Positions 29,438 to 38,900 of a stretch of 40,790 bases of DNA are shown here, piece after piece. The DNA is from Chrysochromulina tobinii. Lineage: Eukaryota. How positions within the stretch are numbered: the stretch's first letter is position 1; each line of letters starts with the position of its first letter. The stretch is from positions 1 to 40,790 of the forward strand of contig JWZX01003235.1 of assembly GCA_001275005.1 (NCBI GenBank). Reading direction: 5' to 3'. The notes under the pieces were generated by a model, which searched no databases, had not been told where the DNA came from, and worked only from the letters and a program-made list of their open reading frames with translations. The translations under genes were made by a program, and so were the position numbers.

Positions 29438-30316
29438 TCACCAGACGAGCGGGATCAGGCGCTTGCGCCCCTGGGGGTACTTGTCGCCGAAATAGGAAAC
29501 GCTCCACTCATGCGTTGCGATCGCTCGCGTGCCGATGCCCATCACATTGAAGGCCGCAAAGGCGGCGGGCGCCGAAACGAAGCCCGTCGCGGTCGCAAAG
29601 CCAATCCACTCGATGATCTCACCCACAAAGTGAGCCCCCGACACGTACTCGAACAGGCCACCACGCGGGATCTTGTATGCCGTCTCGCCTGGCTGGCGCA
29701 GCGTACGCAGAATGTAGTCCGAGTGGATGTTGGCCGCCATGCCAAAGGCGAAGAGCGCATAGCCGAGAATCGCGTTCGGAGCATACAGCACGCTCAGCGG
29801 AGCGTCCCGCATGCTGCCGTAGAGGAGCTCATTGGCCTGCGCGGTCCCGTTCGCCGCGCAGAAGAGGAGGGCCATCGACCACGCATGCAGTGGATAGGGC
29901 TGGCCCCGGGAGAGCCACGGGTAGATGTACGCGCGCTGCAAGTAGTGCGTCGCGAACATGCAGACGAAGACGACTCCAGGATGGAAGCGTTCCCCACTGT
30001 CGAAGAAGACGAGGAGTGATACGACGGACACGAGGAAGGCAGGTTGCTCCATCGTCCACCACGCGAGGCCGACTGGGAGACCGACTGGAATTGCGAATGC
30101 ACCCTTCGCGAACTTGCCCGTCGGCGCCGCGCCCAGACCCGTGAAATGCATCGTCACTTGCATCAGGCCAGTGCCGAGGATGGAGTAGATTATCGTACGC
30201 ACAAGCGAGGGATCGTGCCCCGTCATCACCACAGGCACAATTTTGAAGAGGAAGAAGGCGAACGCACAGTTGCACGCGAGGAAGACCGTGGCCGTGAAGG
30301 TCTTGCCGAGATCCAT
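29438..30316 (-). CDS. DET2: 3-oxo-5-alpha-steroid 4-dehydrogenase (steroid 5-alpha reductase, SRD5A/DET2 family)
   Basis: AWWTMEQP, HYLQRAYIYP, NIHSDYILRTLR..YKIPRGGLFEYVSGAHFVGEIIEWIGFA and YP.GRKRLIP. Likely ATG at 30316. Confidence 0.85.
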   Translation of the reverse strand: MDLGKTFTATVFLACNCAFAFFLFKIVPVVMTGHDPSLVRTIIYSILGTGLMQVTMHFTGLGAAPTGKFAKGAFAIPVGLPVGLAWWTMEQPAFLVSVVSLLVFFDSGERFHPGVVFVCMFATHYLQRAYIYPWLSRGQPYPLHAWSMALLFCAANGTAQANELLYGSMRDAPLSVLYAPNAILGYALFAFGMAANIHSDYILRTLRQPGETAYKIPRGGLFEYVSGAHFVGEIIEWIGFATATGFVSAPAAFAAFNVMGIGTRAIATHEWSVSYFGDKYPQGRKRLIPLVW

Positions 30317-30574
30317 GCCCTCTTGGGCCGTGAAGGTCAGCGTGGCCCTCGTCTCCGCGCGGTTTTTCCGATGCGCGAAGTGGGCCCCTGTTGCGTGGGG
30401 TCCTTCTGTTGGCTGATGCCACGTGGTTCGGGAGCACAACAAGGCGATGTGCTGAAACAACCGACGGAATGTTCGTACGACACAGCGCCCTATGTTAACA
30501 CTGCTTAACAAACTTTCCTCGTCACTAATTTGACGTCTCCCATTTCCTTATTTGGTCTCAAGAAACACAGCCAA

Positions 30575-32503
30575 ATGGGGATGCACGTTCTGGTGGCGCT
30601 GTGCCTGGTGGCGCTGTGCGCTGCGCTCGCGCTTGAGCCAGCTAAAACAGCTAAAACTTCGGCGATCGAGACCATGGCTCTCGGCTCAGAGCTCTCGGTT
30701 GCGTCTCAAGGAGGCGGACTATCGCCGAACTTCTGCACCCCACTCACCAACAATGATGGCATCGTGTACACGACCTACGTTGGGATCGGCAGTCCCCCCC
30801 AGCACATCTCCGTCGTACCCGACACAGGCTCATATGTGCTCGCGGTGACCTCAACAAACTGCGGAGATGAGGCATGCCGGGCACACAACCGCTTTGCGCC
30901 AGAGAAGTCGTCCACCGACATTAAGGTCGAGTCCAACGTGTTTTTGCTGCAGTATGGACAGGGTGCCATCACCGTTCGCGACACGATGGAGAAGGTGAGC
31001 TTCTTTGGCGCAAAGTCTTCGACGGATACCATAAACGATCCCGAGGTGGTGAGCCTCGCGCTCATCCAGAACGAGACATTGATCGGCTTCGAGTACGTGC
31101 CGTACGACGGCATCATGGGCCTGGGCAAGCGCAAGAAGACAGAGCTCAAGGACACGGCTTTCCTCCAGGACATGAAGATCGAAAGCTTCACGCTCTGCAT
31201 GGGCGATGCGAAGCTCACGGGCGATGGCATCGGCGGCCGGCTCGACATGCAGAGCATGCTTGCCGTGGGCAACGAGTATAAGCCCCTTGAGACGATCGGA
31301 GAGCATGTGTGGGGGGCTGTTCTCGACCACGTGGGTGTGCCCGGCCAGCCCGGCGCGCGGCTGTGCTCCGGACCCTCCGCAGCTGGCACGGGCATGCCGT
31401 GCGCGACGATCATCGACTCCGGCACGACGCTGCTTACGTTCCCCAAAGAGGTCGTCGACACCCTCTATCACTCGATCGAAGCCGGCTGCGCCGAGCACGA
31501 CTGCCTCATGACGCTGCAGAAGCAGGAGACGTGCTCGGGACCGCACTTCGACGCGCTGCCCAACCTCGAGCTGCGCGTGGGCGGTCAGGACATCGTGCTC
31601 CCGCCGCGGGTGTACATGGGTGAGATGGAGGTCGATATTCCAACGGCCGATAAGATCAAGATGGGAATGTTCGACGTGTACATGCCCGAGTACACGCACG
31701 GCATCCGCTGTGTGCCGTTGTTCTCCGCGCTCGACGAGATGACGATGGCCGGGCCGATGTCCATCTTGGGGATGCCCTTTCTGCGCCAGTATGCCGTGTT
31801 CTTCAACCGGGAGAGCTGGGAAATGTCCGTCGCCCAAATCCAAGCAGGGTCTCATGTGTGCACGCGCTGCGGAGCGCCCCTCAGTGACGCTGAGGTCACG
31901 AAGGTCATGATGGCTGCCGCCGAAGAGCATGCCGCCGCCGCCGCCGCTGCCGCCGCCGACACCAGCAGCTCTGCTACACAGGAGCATCTGGCCGCCAGGT
32001 CTGCACTGCTGCCCAGTGCACTGCTGGCCGGTCAACTGCTGCCCGGGGCCGGTGCACTGCTGCCCGCTCTCCCAGCGTGGGCGACGGGGGTGGGCATGTC
32101 CACGGGAGATCCCGAGATCAGACCCGCCGCCGCTGCCGTCGCCGACATCACCGCCGCCGACATCAGCGGCTCCGCTGACACGGCGACCAGCAAGGGGCAT
32201 CTGACGGAAGCGTCTGCATTGCAGCCAGGTGCTCTGCTGCCCGAGACCGGCAACGAGCTTTCACTGCTGCCCGCTCTGCCCTCAGCTGTGGGGACCTCCA
32301 CCGATGGTCCGGAGATGAGGCGCGCCGCGCCGATGAAGATGAGCCAGCTGCGCGGGCCGAGCCTACATGGCGTGCCCACGATGATGATGCCCATCCTGCC
32401 CAGGGATGCTTTTGAGAATGGGATTCCACCGGAGCTCTTCAAGATGAAGAAGATGATGGTCAGCGATGACTCGGCCAACTTCACGAAGGTGTGGATCATC
32501 TGA
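30575..32503 (+). CDS. Pepsin-like (A1) aspartic protease with a signal peptide and a low-complexity C-terminal extension
   Basis: Catalytic VVPDTGS and IIDSGTT, flap YGQG, YDGIMGLG and ILGMPFLRQY; hydrophobic N-terminus from ATG 30575. Confidence 0.9.
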   Translation: MGMHVLVALCLVALCAALALEPAKTAKTSAIETMALGSELSVASQGGGLSPNFCTPLTNNDGIVYTTYVGIGSPPQHISVVPDTGSYVLAVTSTNCGDEACRAHNRFAPEKSSTDIKVESNVFLLQYGQGAITVRDTMEKVSFFGAKSSTDTINDPEVVSLALIQNETLIGFEYVPYDGIMGLGKRKKTELKDTAFLQDMKIESFTLCMGDAKLTGDGIGGRLDMQSMLAVGNEYKPLETIGEHVWGAVLDHVGVPGQPGARLCSGPSAAGTGMPCATIIDSGTTLLTFPKEVVDTLYHSIEAGCAEHDCLMTLQKQETCSGPHFDALPNLELRVGGQDIVLPPRVYMGEMEVDIPTADKIKMGMFDVYMPEYTHGIRCVPLFSALDEMTMAGPMSILGMPFLRQYAVFFNRESWEMSVAQIQAGSHVCTRCGAPLSDAEVTKVMMAAAEEHAAAAAAAAADTSSSATQEHLAARSALLPSALLAGQLLPGAGALLPALPAWATGVGMSTGDPEIRPAAAAVADITAADISGSADTATSKGHLTEASALQPGALLPETGNELSLLPALPSAVGTSTDGPEMRRAAPMKMSQLRGPSLHGVPTMMMPILPRDAFENGIPPELFKMKKMMVSDDSANFTKVWII

Positions 32504-32652
32504 ACTGATTGTGACGGCTACGCTTCGGGGACGAGGGAGCCGGGAAGGCCGCGTGGGAAAGGCATGCAAGACTGCATATGATTCTCGGACTAGAATTCTG
32601 AACTGGCGACCGAAATCCGAAGAGCCATTCGTCCGGTCGTTGCCATGGTTTT

Positions 32653-32680
32653 GGTTAGGGTTAGGGTTAGGGTTAGGGTT
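32653..32680 (+). repeat. Interstitial telomeric repeat (TTAGGG)4
   Basis: GG(TTAGGG)4TT. Confidence 0.85.
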
Positions 32681-33057
32681 CCGAAGTGCATGTCCATATT
32701 TGTGAGCCGTGTGAGTACGTCGCTGTGTGTACAGTATGCGGGCGATAAGAGAACGTTAGGCAATTGCTTGCTTTTTAATATGAGTGCCAGCGGAGCGCGG
32801 GCCAGGCCCCAGGGACGGCGCGACTCCCTTAGACCCTTACCCTTTGAAAGGCCTCTTTGAGCTTTGTTACTACGAAAGTTGTATTCTCCGGTCGGATTAG
32901 TTGTGTCTCCGTACGTAATGTATGTGTGAAGGCAGAGGTTTTTTGGACCAAGAAGTGCTTGTAATTGGCGCACCGCTGGGCATGCATCTGCTGAGTGGCC
33001 GTTGCGTGTTTGAATTTTCTTGAAAATCGAGAGAAAAAACGAGACGTGGACGGCGAA

Positions 33058-33868
33058 ATGTCGGACCTCAAGGAACCCGAGTCGCCAAAGAGTCCCAAGA
33101 CGCCAGACATCGGTAAGGAAATCGGGAAAACGCTCTCGAGTGTGTTCGTCGAGTCGCCGGTCGCGCTCTTCAAAACCATAACAAAAGCAGGGGCCGACGA
33201 GGCTGCTTTTCTCGAAGCCAAAAAGAAGGCAGCGGATGAGGAGCTCGCACGAGCCAACGAGGAGCGGGCGAGTGCCGAGGAGGAGCGGGCTCGCGTCGAG
33301 CCGGAGGCGGAGACGGCTCGCATAGCTGACGCGCACAGCCGATGCTGCTGATGGCACCCCGGGCCCCGCAGGGGTAAACCTTCCTACGCTCTCATCGCCA
33401 GACATTGGGAAGGAGATTCAGAAGGTGCTATCGAGTGTATTCGTGGAAGCGCCAAGGGCACTCTTCAACTCCAGCGCCGAGTTCATTGATGGCATTGCCA
33501 ACCCAGCCAAGAATAAGGCGGCCAAGGAGGAGACGGAACGCGCACGTGACGAAACTGGTCCACTTGTCGACGCCAAGGCGAGAGCGAACTCGGAGGAGTC
33601 GAAGCCGGAGTCCCTCTTTGAGCAAGACGCAGCCGCAAAATCATCCGTACTTGCCAAGGGGCAGAAGGACACCCATTCGGAGGCTGTCAGCAGCGGCATG
33701 TTGCTCGTGGTTTCGTTTATGGCAGCGCTAGTGGGGATGCTGGCCGTGGTTGCGGCGAACGATCCGGGCGTCGAGTATGGCGTCGCCGGTAACAATCTGT
33801 GGTTGCTGCGCGATCAGGCGCGCGGTTGGGTTCGAGGCGTGCTCGGCTACAGCCAAAATTTAGACTGA
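33058..33868 (+). CDS. Hypothetical protein with an internal repeat and a C-terminal TM helix; frame break near 33272-33350 (intron or indel)
   Basis: PDIGKEIGKTLSSVFVESP (frame of 32995..33351) repeats as PDIGKEIQKVLSSVFVEAP (frame of 33425..33868). A GT..AG intron at 33272-33338 or a 1-nt indel would join the two frames. Confidence 0.5.
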
Positions 33869-34367
33869 TGCGCGAAGAAGATGGCCAGGAACGGTCGTCA
33901 AACGGCCATCAGCGTGTCATCACGCGTTACTGCTCTCCGGTCGAGTTGTGCAGACCTTGTTCCAATACTCTTCCTCCCCGATTGTGCGAGTGTGGGGTGC
34001 AATGGTGCAACGGCGTCTGCATACTCTACTCTACTACGAAGTAATTCTTCTGGGTGCGCGTAGGGTGCGCGTGAGTTGACGACTTTTGTGTGACGCCCTG
34101 AGCGCATTACTTTATACTTAGCGCATCGACCCCCGTCCACTTTGCTCGCGACCGTCACCGTGCTCGAGTCCGTCCGCGTCCGCTTGTTACAACGTTTCGA
34201 GGTAGAATCTGTGTACACGTAAAGGCTAAAACGTATTGTTGACGCCCTCCACCCCACATAATTCACACGGACAATTCACATTCACGACCAACGGCATTCA
34301 CATCGGAACGCGAGCATAACCAAAAGAAACCCAATGGCGTTTAGCTAGCGCGACACGCGAGAGGCAG

Positions 34368-35486
34368 ATGGGAGTTGACTTGGTCGTGGTCGTGAAGGGG
34401 CCACTACTGCGCTTCACGAGGGAGGTGCTGAAATTCTACACGAGCCGCGGGCTGCACACGGTGTACAGTGGCCGACGGGATGGCTGCCTCTCCCCATCAG
34501 ACCTCGCATTTATCGATGCCCTCGATACGGCCAACCACAGCATATTTGCGCACGTTCTTAGCGAACAGCCCCCACGTGACGGCTACGCCTACCGCAATTC
34601 ACAGCGCGAAGCTGCGCATGCGGGCATTGCTCTGGCCGTGCAACGCTGGGCAGCACGGCTCGTCTTGGTCCACCGTTCGGATGCAGCATTCCAGGGCGAG
34701 ACGGCTGCACGCGCATTTAGTGTATTGTACGACGCTCAAGCCAAGCTCCTCGCCCTCGTGCGCCCAGCTGGTGCATGGGGACCGCTCGGGTTGTCGCCCT
34801 TTCAAACCCAGTTCACGGACTATTTTGGCCGTTACCACCTCTGTGACCACGTGTTGCTCGGTGAGGCGGGCGAGTTGCTCCGCTTCTTCAGCACCCACAA
34901 CCCCTACTACGACTCGAATCGCTCGGCGTCCACCACTTTTGACGATGGTGTTCCGCACAACCAGAAGTGCCCCGTGCCTGGACCGGAGTCTGAGAATGGC
35001 ATGCTGTGGATGCAGTGGGAAGCCGCCGTTCGCGGCACGCAGATGCCCAGAGGCGTGCTCGACCTATTACGCGAAGGCCGCGTCTTTTTTCTGAATCCGC
35101 ATGCGCCTGTGTTTGACTACGTGTCAAGCTACTCCCACGCGATCCAGGGCTCGCTACCTCTCAAGGGTAGCTCGATCTTGGCTCAGCACAGGTTCAAGGT
35201 CCCTGGCACCCATTTATTAAAGAAGGAGCCGCTTGGCGCCATGTCGCTCTGCACGCCCAAAGACCTCACGTACGAGTGCTCTCACCTCTTTGGCGACCAC
35301 GCGTCCACTGGGATCGTCCGCGCGCGGTTTAAAGGACTAGACTGGCCCTGTCCCTTGCCCGCAAGGGACCGAGAGCTCTCGGAGACTGTGCGTAAGTCGG
35401 GCGACTTGATGGAAGTGCGACGGCCGGGCGACACGTCGGGGCATTCGTGCAACGTGGTCCATGGCGGCGGCCGGGCTGAACGGTAA
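34368..35486 (+). CDS. Hypothetical protein, weakly WavE / glycosyltransferase-like
   Basis: 372-aa ORF. DLVVVVKGP, NSQR..GI..VHRSD, YHLCDHVLLG..LLRFF and PES resemble the WavE motif order, by eye only. Confidence 0.5.
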   Translation: MGVDLVVVVKGPLLRFTREVLKFYTSRGLHTVYSGRRDGCLSPSDLAFIDALDTANHSIFAHVLSEQPPRDGYAYRNSQREAAHAGIALAVQRWAARLVLVHRSDAAFQGETAARAFSVLYDAQAKLLALVRPAGAWGPLGLSPFQTQFTDYFGRYHLCDHVLLGEAGELLRFFSTHNPYYDSNRSASTTFDDGVPHNQKCPVPGPESENGMLWMQWEAAVRGTQMPRGVLDLLREGRVFFLNPHAPVFDYVSSYSHAIQGSLPLKGSSILAQHRFKVPGTHLLKKEPLGAMSLCTPKDLTYECSHLFGDHASTGIVRARFKGLDWPCPLPARDRELSETVRKSGDLMEVRRPGDTSGHSCNVVHGGGRAER

Positions 35487-35947
35487 GGTTACCTTGACGA
35501 ATGGACGAGGAGGGAGTGTACCATGGAGTGTACGCTTTGATCGGATGTTTGTCGATCGTCTCGTCTCACGCAATTATGCTCGATGAACCGGCCGTCGCAT
35601 GGCGTCGCTTGCCCGGCCAATGAAGGTACGGTCAGAGTCCGCAAACCATGCCGCAAGCCGAGCGGAAGGTTCGCAACACATGCGCGATACGCTGTAACCA
35701 TTAAACGTTACAGCTGTCATGACACACGTGAACGTGAGACATCCCGGCCCTGACATGACACTGAGGGACAGCTGTCGGGGTCTACGGACGGGCGAATCGG
35801 GACGAACCGCGCCACCCGACCCGCCCGCCGGCAATCGCGGGCTACTCGTATCTCCTCGGTCCGGTCATGCTGTAACAGAGAGCAATCCGAAATGTCCCGT
35901 CGCGTATCGTACGAGTATGTCCAAAGTTTGCGCTTTGCCATCGCGCG

Positions 35948-38900
35948 CTACCAGTCATCGTCATCTTCCTCGTCTTGGTCCGAGCGCGCTGCCATGGCAT
36001 TACGTCGCGATGCGAGCACCGCTGCGAGCTGCTTCGTGAGGCTCGAGGCATCTGCAGCGGCCGGCGCTGACGAGGGCAGCTCGCGGCTCGAGACTGGCTT
36101 AAGAGAGAAGTTGCCTGAAGCAATGGCTGCGAGCGCCGCGCCTCGGCTTTCCAAATCCGGCGTCCGAGACGCTGGCATCGTTGCTGCCCGAGGCCGGGGC
36201 ACTGGTGTCGTCGCAGCCGACGGCTCGGGAGGCGGCGGCGCCGGAGGTGGTACTGTGCGGACTATCGGCGGGGTCAGCAGGGGCGGCAGAGGCGGCGCAT
36301 GCGGTGGAAGTGATCTGCTGACTATCGGCGGGGCCAGCAAGGGCGGCGGAGGCGGCGCGTGCGGTGGAGGTGGTACTGTGCTGACTATCGGCGGGGGCAG
36401 CAGCGGCGGCGGGGTGAGCAGCGGCGGCGGAGGCGGCGCGTGCGGTGGAGGTGATCTGCTGACTATCGGCGGGGCCAGCAGGGGCGGCGGAGGCGGCGCG
36501 TGCGGTGGAGGTGCTTCTGACCGTGCACGCAGCACCGGGCTCGCAGCCGTCAGTGGCTCCGAGGGCGGGGGCTTATGGGGAGGAGAGAATGAAGCTCTTG
36601 CGTTCGCCGCTGCCGCCTCGGCGGCAGCCATTGCCGCCGCCTTGATCTCCAACGCCCAAGCCGCTGCCTCGATCTCCGCCTCGATCTCCGCCTCAGCCTG
36701 CTCAACTTCGTGAGATGGCGCCGCTGGCTTCGCACGGGTGCCCGCTGCCTGCGGATTCGTGCTTGCTACCGTCGGATAAGTCTCTGTGCTCTTCGGGTTG
36801 CCGGAGGAGGACACGCGCGTCACCGTGCGCCGCCAAAGGTCACCTGCGTCGGCCGCGTCCGCCGCAGGCGCAGTCCCGGCGGAGACGTCAAGCTTGGGCT
36901 TCGGCTGCACCGAAGCCGCCGCCGAGGTCGGCACCTCAGGCACCAGGACCGGTAGCTCCGCCTCGAAGAATCCGCCCGGGACGACACCGTCAGGTACTTC
37001 CACTTGATACAGGTTGCCATCGGGTCCTGAAATGGCAAGAAAGTGGCCCGGTCCGGCGAACGTTGGGCACTGGACCACCGCCACAAAAAAGGAGAGAGCC
37101 GGCTCTGCGCCCTCCACGGGCGGGGCGCCCAACACGGCGTTCGGCGCCACGGCACTCTCCGGCTGACTCACCGCCTTAGTGCCAGTGCGTGCTTGGCAGG
37201 GTGCAGCTTCCCTCGTGGGTGGCGCGAGGGTGGGAGCCGCTGGGACGGCTGGGGCGGGTGTGGCCGCCGCCCCGCCGGCGGCGGTGGCAGCGCTGGTAGC
37301 TTTTATGGCTGTGGTGCCGACGACGGCGGCCGGCAGCGACGCGCCGGAGGAGACGGCGGCCGGTGGCGAGGCAGAGGCGAGCACGAGGCGCACAGGGATC
37401 CCAGCCGACTCGATGAGCACACTCGTGCCATCCCTACCCCATCCGCACACGTTCACCTCGTTCACCGAGACTACAACGTCGCCAGCTCGCACGCCCATCG
37501 CCTGCGCCATCGAGCCCACGGACACCGCGTCGACCACCGTCCTGCCGCACCGCCCGTTGGCCAGCGACAGCCCAAAAAGGGAGTGACCGTTGGGATCCGG
37601 AGATTCAATCTTGAGCTCCCACTCAGCGAGCTCCACTCGCTCGCCAAAGGCGTTCATATCAGTCAGAGTGCCCTCATCGGCGGCGGCGGCGGGCGGCGCG
37701 TCGGCGGCGGGCGGTGCAACCCGGACCGGCGACGCGCTCGTAGTGCGAGGCGTGCCCGCGGTGCGCGGTGGGCCCGCGGCGGATGGCGCGCCAGCGGTGC
37801 GCGGCGTGCCTGCGGTGGAGGCGCCGGCCGTCGGTGCCGTGCGACGAGAGCTCGCAGCAAGCCCAGCGATCGCCTGCCCAATGCCTGGGATGAGCGGCAT
37901 GCTCGCAAGGCGCCCCTCGATCATATTCTCCGCGATGAGCGTCACGATCACGCGCGCCGTCTCGGGGTCGATCAGGTCGCTCCTCCGCACACCGGCCGCC
38001 TTGAAGATCTGCTTCCACTCATCAGGAATGTTGCGTAACTCAAAGCCCTGTTGGGGCGTCCAGCCCACGTGCGTCACATGCGTCACATTCGTGGGTGCGC
38101 TGATCGTCGACTTGGGCTGCGAAGAGAACATGCTTCTCCACGCGATGGGACGCGAGGAGACGGACTTGGTTCGCACGAGGGCCACCTTGGACACGACTGG
38201 TGCGACTGGTTGGTCTGGCCCAATGGAGCGCATCCCGATGCATGCTGGACTGGGCGATACTGGTTCGGGCGTGCCACGAAAGCCCGCATGGCGCACCACC
38301 GTCGTGATGGGCTTCACAGGCTGCTCCTCTGGCTGGGAAGACGCGCAGCCCATCCTCCAGTGTGCTGTGCTCTCCACACACAGTCCGATTTTGGAAGGCG
38401 ACACGGCGGCCGGTACTGGAGGCTCGCGCGACCTCGAGCGCGCGTGCGAGGAAGGCAGGCAGCACTGTGTGAGCTCGACCCTTGCATGCGGGCCGTGCAG
38501 CCGACCCGCCACGGAAGCAGGCACAGTCTGATTGGGGTCTAATTGTCTGATGGTCTGTCTGATGGGGGGCACAGTCTGATTCGGTGCCCCGCCCTCGGCA
38601 CACGTCGCGTGAACATGAGCGTGGGCGTCCTCCTCCTTCTCCGCCTCCGCGCCCACCTCCACCGTGCTCGCCCACCGCAGCGAGGCCACGAGCCGCACGG
38701 CCGCCTCAAGGGTGGCGAGGCCAAAGCCGAGCACACCCAATAAGAGCCCGGGCTGTGAATGTGAACTCATCAAGTAGCCCTCTACGAGGGCGAGGAGTGA
38801 TGCGAGCCGCTCGGGACGCGCGCGCACGAGCACGTACGCCATCAGCGGGATGAGCTCGTCCGCGCCCACGGCGACGCCGCGCCCGCTGCCCGTGGGCGCC

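Noticed and set aside
18551..32503. Biosynthetic or defence gene cluster
   Set aside because: The genes belong to unrelated housekeeping families in mixed orientation, with no core synthase or known defence module.
32590..33405. 271-aa minus-strand ORF
   Set aside because: It is antisense to the 33058 gene and runs through the telomeric repeat (TLTLTLT), so it is not credible as a gene.
35705..35780. ACAGCTGTC and CATGACAC short repeats in intergenic DNA
   Set aside because: Too short and irregular to define an element from this window alone.
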